From assembly GCA_045563025.1 (NCBI GenBank), contig JBJKUS010000008.1:72910-136909 (forward strand): a stretch of DNA of 64,000 nt, given 5' to 3'. Made by a program: the position numbers and the translations under genes. This document shows positions 46,028-55,562 of the stretch, one piece after another. The notes under the pieces were generated by a model, which saw only the letters and a program-made list of their open reading frames with translations, searched no databases and was not told the DNA's origin. This stretch comes from Alphaproteobacteria bacterium (GTDB lineage Bacteria > Pseudomonadota > Alphaproteobacteria > Methylaequorales > Methylaequoraceae). The stretch's first letter is position 1; each line of letters opens with the position of its first letter.

Positions 46028-48097
46028 ATGTTTGATATTTCAACTGTTCAACTAGATTGGCAAGGGCTAAATCTGAAACTTGAAACTGGACTAATGGCAA
46101 GGCAAGCTGATGGAGCTGTGTTGGCAACCTTGGGCTCCACGAGTGTTCTGTGCACGGTTTGCGCTGCAAAGAGTTTTAACCCTTCAAATGACTTTTTCCC
46201 GCTTTCTGTTCACTACATTGAAAAAGCCTATTCAGCAGGAAAGGTTCCTGGGGGTTTTTTTAAAAGAGAGGGAAGACCTTCTGAAATAGAAATTTTAAAT
46301 TCAAGATTAATTGACAGACCAATGAGACCTTTGTTTCACAAAGACTTTAAGAATGAAACCCAAGTTGTTTGTACTGTTATAAATTATGATGGAGAAAACG
46401 ATCCAGCAATCTGTGCAATGATTGGAGCATCAGCTGCTACAACAATTGCTGGTCTTCCTTTTTTGGGTCCCATTGCGTGCGCGAGAGTTGGGTATACAGA
46501 TGGAGAGTATATCCTTAACCCTACCAAAGATGAGCTAAGTGATAGTGACTTAGATTTGGTTGTTGCTGGAACAAGAGATGGCGTTTTGATGGTTGAGTCT
46601 GAAGCCAATCAACTTCCTGAAGATATTATGTTAGGAGCAGTTCAATTTGGTTTTAAAGAGTTTCAGTGTGTCATTGACAAGATAATTGAACTTGCTGAAA
46701 ATTCAGCTAAGGAATCTTGGAAAATAATTTCTCCAGATTACCCAGATTACATAGAAAATTTAAAAAAAGAAGCTAAGTCCTCATTAGAAAGTTTATACAA
46801 AATAAAAGAAAAGAAAAAGAGAAATGAATCACTTAATGAAAAAAGGGCAGCGGTTATTGAAAAGTTTAACAAAGATGATTCCGAGCTACATTTGATAAAT
46901 GACGCAATCAAAGACGTTGAAAAAGAAATTGTAAGGTCATCTGTACTTAAAACAGGTAAAAGAATAGATGGTAGAGACCTGGATACTGTTAGAGCTATTG
47001 ACGTTAGAGTTGATTTACTTGAGAACGTTCATGGGAGTGCATTATTTACTCGTGGTGAAACTCAAGCTCTTGTCACAACAACGCTTGGAACAAGCAGTGA
47101 TGAACAAATGTTAGATACCTTGGATGGTGATCGAAAAGAAAAGTTTTTACTGCATTATAATTTTCCTCCTTTTTCAGTAAACGAAGTTGGGAGAATTGGT
47201 GCTACAGGAAGAAGAGAGGTTGGTCACGGTAAGTTAGCTTGGAGAGCTGTTAACCCAATCCTGAAGGACGTTAAAGATTTTCCCTATACACTCAGAGTTG
47301 TTTCAGAGATTACTGAGTCTAATGGATCATCTTCAATGGCAACTGTTTGTGGAACTTCACTCGCACTAATGGATGCAGGAGTCCCTTTGAAAAAATCTAT
47401 TGCTGGTGTTGCAATGGGTCTGATTAAAGAAAAAGATAAATTTGTTGTTTTGACTGACATTTTAGGAGATGAAGATCATTTGGGAGATATGGATTTTAAG
47501 GTTGCTGGAACAGATTCTGGTATTACCGCATTGCAAATGGATATTAAGGTTACTGGGATTACAGACGAAATTATGAAAGATGCACTTCAAAAAGCTTTAA
47601 AAGCTAGAAGTCATATTTTACAAGAGATGGACAAAGTTGTAAAAAAACCTAGACAAGGCACTAAACCAAATGCACCAACAGTAATTAATATACAAATTGA
47701 CAAATCAAAGATTCGTGAAGTTATAGGTTCTGGTGGAAAAGTAATAAAAGATATTTGCGAAAAATCAAATGCCAAAGTTGAAATTGATGATAACGGACTT
47801 ATTTCAATATTTGCCTCTAAAGCTGACGATGGTGAAATTGCCACACAAATGATTAATGACATTGTTGCAGAACCCGAGGTTGGAAAGATATACGAAGGTA
47901 AGGTTGTAAAAACCACCGACTTTGGTGCGTTTGTTAATTTTCTTGGAAGTAGAGACGGACTTGTTCATATTAGCCAGCTAAAAGAAGAGAGAGTTGAAAA
48001 AACAACTGATGTTGTAAATGAAGGTGATATGGTAAAAGTAAAAGTAATTGGAGTAGATGATAGAGGAAAGGTAAAATTAAGTATTAAAGAGGTTTAA
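46028..48097 (+). CDS. pnp: Polyribonucleotide nucleotidyltransferase (PNPase)
   Basis: 689 aa with two RNase PH domains, [16 protein letters not shown], and KH and S1 domains. Confidence 0.95.
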   Translation: MFDISTVQLDWQGLNLKLETGLMARQADGAVLATLGSTSVLCTVCAAKSFNPSNDFFPLSVHYIEKAYSAGKVPGGFFKREGRPSEIEILNSRLIDRPMRPLFHKDFKNETQVVCTVINYDGENDPAICAMIGASAATTIAGLPFLGPIACARVGYTDGEYILNPTKDELSDSDLDLVVAGTRDGVLMVESEANQLPEDIMLGAVQFGFKEFQCVIDKIIELAENSAKESWKIISPDYPDYIENLKKEAKSSLESLYKIKEKKKRNESLNEKRAAVIEKFNKDDSELHLINDAIKDVEKEIVRSSVLKTGKRIDGRDLDTVRAIDVRVDLLENVHGSALFTRGETQALVTTTLGTSSDEQMLDTLDGDRKEKFLLHYNFPPFSVNEVGRIGATGRREVGHGKLAWRAVNPILKDVKDFPYTLRVVSEITESNGSSSMATVCGTSLALMDAGVPLKKSIAGVAMGLIKEKDKFVVLTDILGDEDHLGDMDFKVAGTDSGITALQMDIKVTGITDEIMKDALQKALKARSHILQEMDKVVKKPRQGTKPNAPTVINIQIDKSKIREVIGSGGKVIKDICEKSNAKVEIDDNGLISIFASKADDGEIATQMINDIVAEPEVGKIYEGKVVKTTDFGAFVNFLGSRDGLVHISQLKEERVEKTTDVVNEGDMVKVKVIGVDDRGKVKLSIKEV

Positions 48098-48105
48098 TAT
48101 TACAA

Positions 48106-49506
48106 ATGAAAAATATAAATCCTATTGTTGTTTCAGGTAAGGAATGTTTACCACTAATTGAGGGTGGTAAAGGCATCGCTGTTAGTAGTGGAGAAAGTTC
48201 AGGAGCATGGGCGAAAGCAGGTGGAGTTGGCACCTTTTCTGGGGTAAATGCGGACTCATACGATGAGAATGGAAATCGAATTCCTCAAATCTACAAAGAA
48301 AAAACTAGATCAGGCAGACATAGAGAGTTAGTTGACTTTTCTGTGTCAGGAGCAATCGAACAAGCTCGAATTGCTAGAGATATTGCCGGAAATAAAGCTC
48401 CAATACATGTGAATATTTTATGGGAAATGGCAGCTGCTGAGGAAATTTTGACAAGAACTCTTGAAAAGGCCGGAAATATAATTGATGGTGTAACATGTGG
48501 AGCTGGTATGCCATACAAATTGTCAGAGATAGCTGCTAAATATGGTACTTATTATTATCCAATAGTTTCTTCTTCCAGAGCTTTTAATGCTTTATGGAAG
48601 AGATCTTACAGGAAAACTTCAGATTATCTTGGAGGAGTTGTTTATGAAGATCCTTGGCTTGCAGGGGGACACAATGGCTTGTCTAATAACGAGGATCCAC
48701 ATTCTCCTCAACCACCCTATCCTAGAGTAAAAGACCTTAGATCTTTAATGAACGAATTTGATCTAGAACATATACCAATCATAATGGCTGGAGGAGTTTG
48801 GAACCTATCGGAATGGGAAGACTGGATTAATAACCCAGAAATCGGAAAGATAGCTTTTCAGTTTGGTACTCGACCTTTACTCACAGAAGAAAGCCCAATA
48901 CCAGATGCTTGGAAAAAGCGACTTTTAACAATTAAAAAAGGAGAAGTAAGTCTCCATAGATTCAGTCCAACAGGATTTTACTCATCGGCGGTGAAAAATA
49001 ACTTTTTACGAGAACTAGAAGAGAGATCAGAAAGGCAAACGCCATTTTTAAAAGAACAAACAAATGAATTTAATGAAAAAATAGAGATAGGTCCTAGAAA
49101 AAGAACATTCTATGTAAAACATTCAGATAAGTCAAAAATTTTAAAATGGATAAAAAAAGGTTTTTCTAAACCAATGGCAACTCCAAATAATACTCATATC
49201 TGGGTAACAATTCAAAAGGCTAGTCAAATTGTGAAAGATCAAATTGATTGTATGGGTTGTCTATCTCAATGTTTATTTAGTAATTGGTCTCAAGGAGAAA
49301 CAGGTACAACAGGAAAAAAAGCTGACCCTAGATCATTTTGCATACAAAAAACACTTCAGAATATAAGTCACGGAATCTCCAGTTTAGAAAATCAGTTAAT
49401 GTTTGCAGGACATTCTGTTTATAGATTTGCAATGGACCCTTTTTATAAAGGTGGATTTATTCCGAAGGTAAATCAACTAGTTGACAGAATTATGAAGGGA
49501 TTGTAA
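48106..49506 (+). CDS. Nitronate monooxygenase (NMO/2-nitropropane dioxygenase) family flavoprotein, long form
   Basis: 466 aa with TIM-barrel FMN motifs CGAGMPY and MAGGVW and a C-terminal Cys-containing extension. Confidence 0.55.
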   Translation: MKNINPIVVSGKECLPLIEGGKGIAVSSGESSGAWAKAGGVGTFSGVNADSYDENGNRIPQIYKEKTRSGRHRELVDFSVSGAIEQARIARDIAGNKAPIHVNILWEMAAAEEILTRTLEKAGNIIDGVTCGAGMPYKLSEIAAKYGTYYYPIVSSSRAFNALWKRSYRKTSDYLGGVVYEDPWLAGGHNGLSNNEDPHSPQPPYPRVKDLRSLMNEFDLEHIPIIMAGGVWNLSEWEDWINNPEIGKIAFQFGTRPLLTEESPIPDAWKKRLLTIKKGEVSLHRFSPTGFYSSAVKNNFLRELEERSERQTPFLKEQTNEFNEKIEIGPRKRTFYVKHSDKSKILKWIKKGFSKPMATPNNTHIWVTIQKASQIVKDQIDCMGCLSQCLFSNWSQGETGTTGKKADPRSFCIQKTLQNISHGISSLENQLMFAGHSVYRFAMDPFYKGGFIPKVNQLVDRIMKGL

Positions 49507-49530
49507 TTTAAACAACAGTAAATAATATAT

Positions 49531-49950
49531 ATGAATATGAACACAAATAAACATATTGATGTTGCTCTAGAGTTACTAAAAGAGTCGCCTTTAAAGGTTA
49601 CAAATCAAAGAAATGACATTATAAGAATTCTATTTAAAAATGGAAATTGTCATTTTACTGCAGAGGATGTTCATTGCGAAGTTCAAAAATTAGGCTTAAA
49701 TATTTCTTTAGCCACAGTTTATAATTGTTTAAATCAATTTACAAAGCACAAGATCCTAAAATCAGTTAAAACTAGTTGTGATAAAATCTATTTTGATACC
49801 AATGTTACTTCTCATCACCACTTTTTCTGCAAAACAACATCACAGTTAATTGATATAGATTCTAAAAACATAAAATTTTCCAAGCTTCCTAAAATTCCTG
49901 GCGGAAAAAAACTTCAATCGGTTGAGGTAGTTGTAAACATTACAGATTGA
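49531..49950 (+). CDS. irr: Fur-family regulator, Irr-like
   Basis: 139 aa with the winged-helix motif ATVYNCLNQF and a His-rich SHHHFFC motif as in Irr. It is followed by an ICE-type palindrome. Confidence 0.55.
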   Translation: MNMNTNKHIDVALELLKESPLKVTNQRNDIIRILFKNGNCHFTAEDVHCEVQKLGLNISLATVYNCLNQFTKHKILKSVKTSCDKIYFDTNVTSHHHFFCKTTSQLIDIDSKNIKFSKLPKIPGGKKLQSVEVVVNITD

Positions 49951-49952
49951 TA

Positions 49953-49967
49953 TTGATTATCATTATC
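49953..49967. promoter_or_regulatory. Fur-box-like element
   Basis: TTGATTATCATTATC matches 13/15 of the ATGATAATCATTATC part of the classical Fur box. Confidence 0.35.
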
Positions 49968-49969
49968 GT

Positions 49970-49990
49970 AAATTAGAATTATTCTAATTT
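49970..49990. promoter_or_regulatory. Iron control element (ICE / Irr box)-like perfect palindrome
   Basis: AAATTAGAAT-t-ATTCTAATTT has perfect 10-nt arms. Its core TTAGAA-TTA-TTCTAA matches the TTTAGAA-N3-TTCTAAA ICE consensus. It ends 4 nt upstream of the rubrerythrin -35. Confidence 0.6.
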
Positions 49991-49994
49991 AATG

Positions 49995-50023
49995 TTGAAC
50001 CTTTTTATAGTTTTTATTATATT
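49995..50023 (+). promoter_or_regulatory. Sigma70-type promoter of the rubrerythrin operon
   Basis: TTGAAC, 17-nt spacer, TATATT. An SD (AAAGGAGA) lies at about 50038-50045 before the ATG at 50051. Confidence 0.5.
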
Positions 50024-50050
50024 AAAAAAAAACAAATAAAGGAGATCATT

Positions 50051-50467
50051 ATGTCTTTAAAAGGAAGTAAAACAGAAGAAAACTTGAAAGCAGCTTTTGC
50101 TGGAGAGTCACAAGCAAACAGAAGATATCTCTACTTTGCTCAAAAAGCTGATGTTGAAGGCCACAACGATGTGGCTACGGTTTTTAGATCAACAGCTGAA
50201 GGTGAAACAGGTCATGCACATGGTCATCTCGAATTTCTTGAGGAAGTTGGGGATCCAGCAACAGGAGAGCCTATTGGAAATACCTCTGAGAACCTTAAAG
50301 CAGCAATTGCTGGTGAGACTCACGAATACACGGATATGTACCCAGGAATGGCGAAAACTGCCAGGGACGAAGGTTTTGATGAAATTGCTGATTGGTTTGA
50401 AACACTAGCTAAGGCTGAGAAGTCACACGCCGGTAAATTCCAAAGAACACTTGATGATATGGATTAA
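50051..50467 (+). CDS. Rubrerythrin-family diiron protein (erythrin, no rubredoxin domain)
   Basis: 138 aa. [19 protein letters not shown] and [15 protein letters not shown] form the two halves, with ExxH motifs (EGETGH, EKSH). Confidence 0.85.
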   Translation: MSLKGSKTEENLKAAFAGESQANRRYLYFAQKADVEGHNDVATVFRSTAEGETGHAHGHLEFLEEVGDPATGEPIGNTSENLKAAIAGETHEYTDMYPGMAKTARDEGFDEIADWFETLAKAEKSHAGKFQRTLDDMD

Positions 50468-50502
50468 TATTCAGGGGAGATCTTCTCCCCTCAGGTGAAG
50501 AT

Positions 50503-51849
50503 ATGAGTGTAAAAGAAGGAAGCCTTAGTGCTCCAATCAGACATCCAGTTGATTGGGAGAACCCAAATTTTGTCGATGATAAACTTCTTGATGATGAATT
50601 GAGAAGAGTGTTTGACATTTGTCATGGATGCAGAAGGTGCTTTAATCTATGTGAAAGTTTTCCAAAATTGTTCGATTTGATCGATGAATCGAAATCAGGC
50701 GAGCTTGATACTGTCGAAAGTAAAGACTTCAAAGATGTGGTAGACGCATGTACTCTTTGTGACATGTGTTTCTTGACAAAATGCCCTTATGTCCCTCCAC
50801 ATGAATTTAATCTAGATTTTCCTCACTTAATGTTGAGATATAGAGTTACAGAGCGAAAAAAAAAAAAAAATAGTACTCTCGACGATCAATTGACAAAAAC
50901 CGACAGAAACGGCAAGTTTTTTTCAAAATTTTCTAACCTTGCAAATTGGTCTACAAATACAAAAAATAAGATTACACGTCCATTAATGGAGTTACTTTTA
51001 AAAATAGATAAGGAAGCAGACCTGCCAAAATTTTACAAAGACACATTAATGAAATCTATTAAAAAAGATGGAGAAGAAAGTTTAAATAAACCAATTGACA
51101 AAGTTATTGTTTTTCCAACGTGTTTTGTTAACTATAACAACCCTAGCTTAGGACATATTACTAAAAAAATTCTTGATGAGTTTGGTGTTGAAAATAAATT
51201 TATATATGAAGGTTGTTGTGGTATGCCACAACTTGAAGGTGGGGATATAGAGTCTGTAACTAATAAGGCTAATCAAACAAGTAAAAAGTTGAAGGATTAT
51301 ATTGACAACGGATACAAGATTCTTTCAATTGTTCCGTCTTGTACTTTAATGCTAAAATACGAGTGGCCACTTTTACTTCCGAGCTCTGAAGAAGTAAAAT
51401 ATTTGTCTCAAAACACTTTTGATATTTGTGAGTACCTCGTCAAATTAATTAATACAGAAAAACTATTCGATAAAATGAAACCATTAAATAAAGATGAAAC
51501 AATATCTCTTCACATATCTTGTCATTCTCGAGCACAAAACATAGGGCAGAAAGCTACAGAGCTTTTAAGACTTATTCCTGAAATCAAATTAGATGTTATT
51601 GAAAGATGTTCAGGGCATGGAGGTTCGTGGGGTATCAAAAAAGATAACTTCAAAATGGCTATCAAAGTTGGAAAACCAGTATCTAGAAAGGTTATTCAGA
51701 GCCAAAATAAATTTGTAGTCTCTGAATGTCCATTGGCAGCACCTCATATAAAACAAGGAATGGACAAGATAGAAAAGAATGACGTAGAAGTTTTGTCACA
51801 TCCTCTTGAAATATTTTTTAAATCTATTAGTAAAGGTGAAGAAGTATGA
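50503..51849 (+). CDS. Fe-S oxidoreductase, HdrD/GlpC-like (2x[4Fe-4S] ferredoxin domain plus two CCG domains)
   Basis: 448 aa with CHGCRRCFNLCESFP, CTLCDMCFLTKCPYVPP, CCGMP and CSGHGG. Confidence 0.75.
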   Translation: MSVKEGSLSAPIRHPVDWENPNFVDDKLLDDELRRVFDICHGCRRCFNLCESFPKLFDLIDESKSGELDTVESKDFKDVVDACTLCDMCFLTKCPYVPPHEFNLDFPHLMLRYRVTERKKKKNSTLDDQLTKTDRNGKFFSKFSNLANWSTNTKNKITRPLMELLLKIDKEADLPKFYKDTLMKSIKKDGEESLNKPIDKVIVFPTCFVNYNNPSLGHITKKILDEFGVENKFIYEGCCGMPQLEGGDIESVTNKANQTSKKLKDYIDNGYKILSIVPSCTLMLKYEWPLLLPSSEEVKYLSQNTFDICEYLVKLINTEKLFDKMKPLNKDETISLHISCHSRAQNIGQKATELLRLIPEIKLDVIERCSGHGGSWGIKKDNFKMAIKVGKPVSRKVIQSQNKFVVSECPLAAPHIKQGMDKIEKNDVEVLSHPLEIFFKSISKGEEV

Positions 51850-52436
51850 AAAAATTTGAGATAAAAGAAGAAGACGTAATTGACATTGACAGGTATATTT
51901 CTGAAAGAGCAGAAATAAAAAAGAAAATATCAGTTTTAAAAGAAAATCGACGAGTACCTGTTGGACCGCATGCCACATTTTATTTTGAATGTTACCAAAC
52001 AATGATTTATCAGGTCCAAGAAATGTTGTACATTGAAAGAGGTGGCAAGGAGCAGTTATATGATGAAATTAAAGCCTACAATCCGCTTGTTCCAAAAGGA
52101 AAAGAACTTGTCGCAACTTTAATGTTTGAAATAGATAATGAGAAGAAAAGAAAGGATTTTCTAAATTCTGTAGGTGGAATTGAAGAAAGAATTTTCATTG
52201 AAATAGATAAAGAGAAAATTTTTGCAAAACCTGAAGATGATACTGAAAGAACCTCTGATGATGGAAAAGCCTCGTCAGTGCATTTTATTCACTTTCATTT
52301 TAGTAAAAGTCAGATAGAAAGTTTTATTAACAATGATAACAATGTTATAATCGGGTTTGATCACAAAAATTATAGTCACTTTAGCCAACTTTCAAAAGAG
52401 TCAAAAGAAGAGTTATCTAATGATTTTGATATTTAG
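51846..52436 (+). CDS. DUF3501 family protein
   Basis: 196 aa. VGPHATFYFECYQTMIYQVQEMLYIER, YNPLVPKG and SSVHFIHFHF match my recollection of DUF3501. It overlaps the upstream Fe-S gene by 4 nt. Confidence 0.6.
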   Translation: MKKFEIKEEDVIDIDRYISERAEIKKKISVLKENRRVPVGPHATFYFECYQTMIYQVQEMLYIERGGKEQLYDEIKAYNPLVPKGKELVATLMFEIDNEKKRKDFLNSVGGIEERIFIEIDKEKIFAKPEDDTERTSDDGKASSVHFIHFHFSKSQIESFINNDNNVIIGFDHKNYSHFSQLSKESKEELSNDFDI

Positions 52437-52892
52437 TTAATCTATTCCCCATAAAGATTCCTTCTTAATCCATCCAGTAACCTGAGTATCCTCAATCTTA
52501 CACCAGTCTTTTTTACACTTTAAAATTTTCAAAATGTAGTTCTCTTTCGCTAAAGCAAGTTGCTTAGATTGCATATTTGGAAATTTATATATTCTATCTT
52601 TTGTTACTATTATCCCATAAAGGGTTTTAATGAGTTGAGTTTTAGATATCCATCCTTCCCTTTTTTGGTAATCGATGATTTTATACCAACTCTCAAATTC
52701 CTCAAGGACCTTTACTGGATAACCTTTCTTTAATATTTTAAATAACACAAGTTTGTTTAAGCCAGGTCCATTTCTTAAATTTACTTCATCATATTTAGTT
52801 ACTAAATAAATATTTTTTTTCAAAGCGATGCTTGAATTTAATGTTATAGTAAATATTAGAATAAAAATGCAAAATTTAAAAAAAAAAGCCAC
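52437..52892 (-). CDS. Bacterial SH3-domain protein (two SH3b repeats, DUF1058-like)
   Basis: NLRNGPG...GYPVKVLEEFESWYKI...REGWI and a second repeat ...DWCKIED..VTGWI. The start is uncertain: GTG at 52892 gives a signal peptide, TTG at 52823 does not. The ORF-track extension to 53165 is antisense to the next gene. Confidence 0.55.
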   Translation of the reverse strand: MAFFFKFCIFILIFTITLNSSIALKKNIYLVTKYDEVNLRNGPGLNKLVLFKILKKGYPVKVLEEFESWYKIIDYQKREGWISKTQLIKTLYGIIVTKDRIYKFPNMQSKQLALAKENYILKILKCKKDWCKIEDTQVTGWIKKESLWGID

Positions 52893-53856
52893 TATTCTGA
52901 TTACAAGAAAACTACCAGAAAAGATAGAAAAAAAATTAGAAAATAAATACTCAGTTATTTTAAATAAGAGTGACAAAAAGTATTCATATAAAGAACTAAA
53001 AAAAAAAATAATTGGTGTTGATATCCTAATTCCTTGTGTATCTGATACCATAGATGCTTCAATAATTAAGGCAGGTTCAAAACTAAAGCTTATTGCGAAT
53101 TTTGGAAATGGTGTCGATAACCTTGACTTAATTACTGCTAAAGAGAGAAATATTCTCGTGACCAATACACCAGATGTTTTAACAGAGGATACTGCTGATT
53201 TAGTTTTGACAATGATATTAATGATTTGTAGACAAATTAATACTGCTCAACAAAAAATAATGGACAGAGTGTGGACAGGTTGGGGTCCAAGTGAAACATT
53301 AGGTGAAAAAATGGAAGGGAAGAAGGTTGGAATTATTGGTATGGGTAGAATAGGAATTGCTGTTGCAAAAAGATTAAGTGTTTTAGGAATTAATATAAAT
53401 TATCATAACCGTACAAAACTTAAAAGTAATAATGAGAAAATCCTAAAAGCAAAATATTGGGATAGTTTAGACAAAATGATTGGTGAGATGGATATAGTTT
53501 CAATACATTGTCCATATACACCAGAGACATTTCATCTATTATCAAAAAATAAGATAAAATTATTAAAGAAGAATTGTATCGTGATTAACACTTCGAGAGG
53601 TGAAATTATTGATGAGGAAGCATTGGCAGAAGCGCTTTTGAAAAAAAGAATTGGGGGTGCGGGTCTTGACGTATTTGAACATGAACCACAAATTACACAG
53701 AAATTATTTGAGGCAGAAAATGTTGTACTTTTACCACATATAAGCTCTGCTACAAAAGAAAGTAGGGTTGCAATGGGTGATAGGGTATTCAAGAATATCG
53801 ATTATTTTTTACAGGGCAAAAAACCTCCAGATTTGGTTAAAAAAAAGAATGATTAA
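52867..53856 (+). CDS. D-2-hydroxyacid dehydrogenase (glyoxylate/hydroxypyruvate reductase-like)
   Basis: I chose the start at MQNLKKKATILITRKLP. Motifs are GMGRIGIAVAKRL (NAD site), NTSRGEIIDEEAL, LDVFEHEP and HISSAT. Confidence 0.8.
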   Translation: MQNLKKKATILITRKLPEKIEKKLENKYSVILNKSDKKYSYKELKKKIIGVDILIPCVSDTIDASIIKAGSKLKLIANFGNGVDNLDLITAKERNILVTNTPDVLTEDTADLVLTMILMICRQINTAQQKIMDRVWTGWGPSETLGEKMEGKKVGIIGMGRIGIAVAKRLSVLGININYHNRTKLKSNNEKILKAKYWDSLDKMIGEMDIVSIHCPYTPETFHLLSKNKIKLLKKNCIVINTSRGEIIDEEALAEALLKKRIGGAGLDVFEHEPQITQKLFEAENVVLLPHISSATKESRVAMGDRVFKNIDYFLQGKKPPDLVKKKND

Positions 53857-54614
53857 GTTTTATTACAGATCTTACAACCATTGTCTTTCGTAATCTTAAT
53901 TTTACGAAAGTTTCTTTTCAAACAATCAAATATTAATAATTCTTTAAATATGTTCGTATCGCAATCTAAAATAATATCAATGATAAGAAGTGATTGCATA
54001 ACTCCTCCAAATCCAGCAACAGGAGAAACAATACCCATTTGGTCACAGTTTACATTATTCAGATTATTGGATTTTGGAAATACACATTCGTAACAAGGGT
54101 TATTTTTTCCAGACCAGGCTTTAAAAGCTGAAATTTGTACATCAAAATTTTGAAGCGCTGCTGAAATAAGTATCTTTTTTGCCTTAAAACAAAATTCATT
54201 AACTAGAAATCTAGTTTTAAAATTATCTGAACAATCAATTATAAATTTGAAGCCCTTTAATAAATTTTTAATATTTTTTTTTGAAACATTTTTCTTACTT
54301 ACAATTATTCTAGCTTGTGGATTTATTTTTTGAATATATGTTTTTAAAACTTCAGCTTTATTTTTACCTATATCACTCTCTATAAACATAACTTGTCTAT
54401 TAAGATTACTTAACTCTATTTTGTCCGAATCGATAAAATGAAATTTGCCAATCCCTGCCATTGCTAGATATTGTGAAACAGATGTACCCAGGCCGCCACA
54501 TCCCACAACACATATTGATGTATTAAAAATTTTTTTTTGCCCTTCTAATCCAATTTGTTCAATTATCAATTGCCTTGAATACTTTTCTAGGTTTTTATGA
54601 TCAAAGATGCCCAT
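53853..54614 (-). CDS. ThiF/MoeB/HesA-family E1-like adenylyltransferase
   Basis: 253 aa with VVGCGGLGT, LSNLNRQ, and two CxxC pairs (CYEC, CKIC). Confidence 0.75.
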   Translation of the reverse strand: MGIFDHKNLEKYSRQLIIEQIGLEGQKKIFNTSICVVGCGGLGTSVSQYLAMAGIGKFHFIDSDKIELSNLNRQVMFIESDIGKNKAEVLKTYIQKINPQARIIVSKKNVSKKNIKNLLKGFKFIIDCSDNFKTRFLVNEFCFKAKKILISAALQNFDVQISAFKAWSGKNNPCYECVFPKSNNLNNVNCDQMGIVSPVAGFGGVMQSLLIIDIILDCDTNIFKELLIFDCLKRNFRKIKITKDNGCKICNKT

Positions 54615-54617
54615 TTT

Positions 54618-55562
54618 TTACAAATCACTAAATAATTGCGTTGATAGATATCTTTCAGCAAATGAAGGAATAATAATAACACTATTTTTGTTTTTCATTT
54701 TTGAGTCCTCGTGAATTTCAATAGCGGCAGCTAATACTGCTCCAGATGAAATTCCTGCAGCTATACCTTCAAGTTTTCCTAAACTCCTTGAGAAATTGAA
54801 AGCTGACGAGTTGCTAATTTGTAACACTTGGTCAATTATTTCTAAATCTAAATTTTTTGGAATAAAGCCAGCCCCAATTCCTTGTATAGAGTGTGAACCT
54901 GGATATCCTCCACTGATTACAGAAGAATCTTCAGGTTCAACAGCAATGATTTTAATATTTTTTTCTTTTTCTTTTAAAAATTTACCAACCCCACTTATAG
55001 TTCCACCTGTCCCAACTCCAGAAATTAAACAATCAATTCTGCCGTCTGTATCGTCCCATATTTCTTGAGCAGTGGTGTTGAAATGAATTCTTGGATTGGC
55101 TTGATTACTGAACTGATTAAGAATAATACTATTTTTAATTCGTTGATGAATTTTTTCTGCCTCTTGGATGGCACCATTCATCCCAAACTCTTTTGGGGTA
55201 AGTGTAATCTTGGCACCTAAAAAATTAAGCATCTTTCTTCTTTCTAAAGACATACTTGTCGGCATTGTTAGGATAAGTTTGTAGCCACGTGCAGCACAAA
55301 CAAAAGCTAAGGCAATTCCTGTATTACCTGATGTAGCTTCAATTATAACTGTATCTGAATTTATTTTTTTTTGTTTCTCTGCATCATTAATCATAGCCAA
55401 ACCTATTCTATCTTTAACTGATCCAAGAGGGTTAAAAAACTCAAGTTTTGCAATAATATTTCCGTACAGGTTAAATTCTCTTGCTATATTATTCAGCCTT
55501 ACCATTGGAGTTTTTCCTATAGTTTGATCAATAGAATCGAATATTTTTTTTTTAGATGACAA
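54618..55562 (-). CDS. cysK: Cysteine synthase (O-acetylserine sulfhydrylase, CysK/CysM family)
   Basis: 314 aa with the PLP site SVKDR, TSGNTG and GVGTGGTISG. Confidence 0.9.
   Translation of the reverse strand: MSSKKKIFDSIDQTIGKTPMVRLNNIAREFNLYGNIIAKLEFFNPLGSVKDRIGLAMINDAEKQKKINSDTVIIEATSGNTGIALAFVCAARGYKLILTMPTSMSLERRKMLNFLGAKITLTPKEFGMNGAIQEAEKIHQRIKNSIILNQFSNQANPRIHFNTTAQEIWDDTDGRIDCLISGVGTGGTISGVGKFLKEKEKNIKIIAVEPEDSSVISGGYPGSHSIQGIGAGFIPKNLDLEIIDQVLQISNSSAFNFSRSLGKLEGIAAGISSGAVLAAAIEIHEDSKMKNKNSVIIIPSFAERYLSTQLFSDL

Noticed and set aside
50097-50408. A 103-aa ORF in an alternative frame inside the rubrerythrin gene.
   Set aside because: It is on the same strand but out of frame with a gene that has unmistakable diiron motifs. 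It has no features of its own.
52893-53165. The N-terminal 91 codons of the 242-aa minus-strand ORF.
   Set aside because: This part is antisense to the 5' part of the hydroxyacid dehydrogenase gene and has a low-complexity hydrophobic translation. The recognisable SH3 protein starts further downstream.
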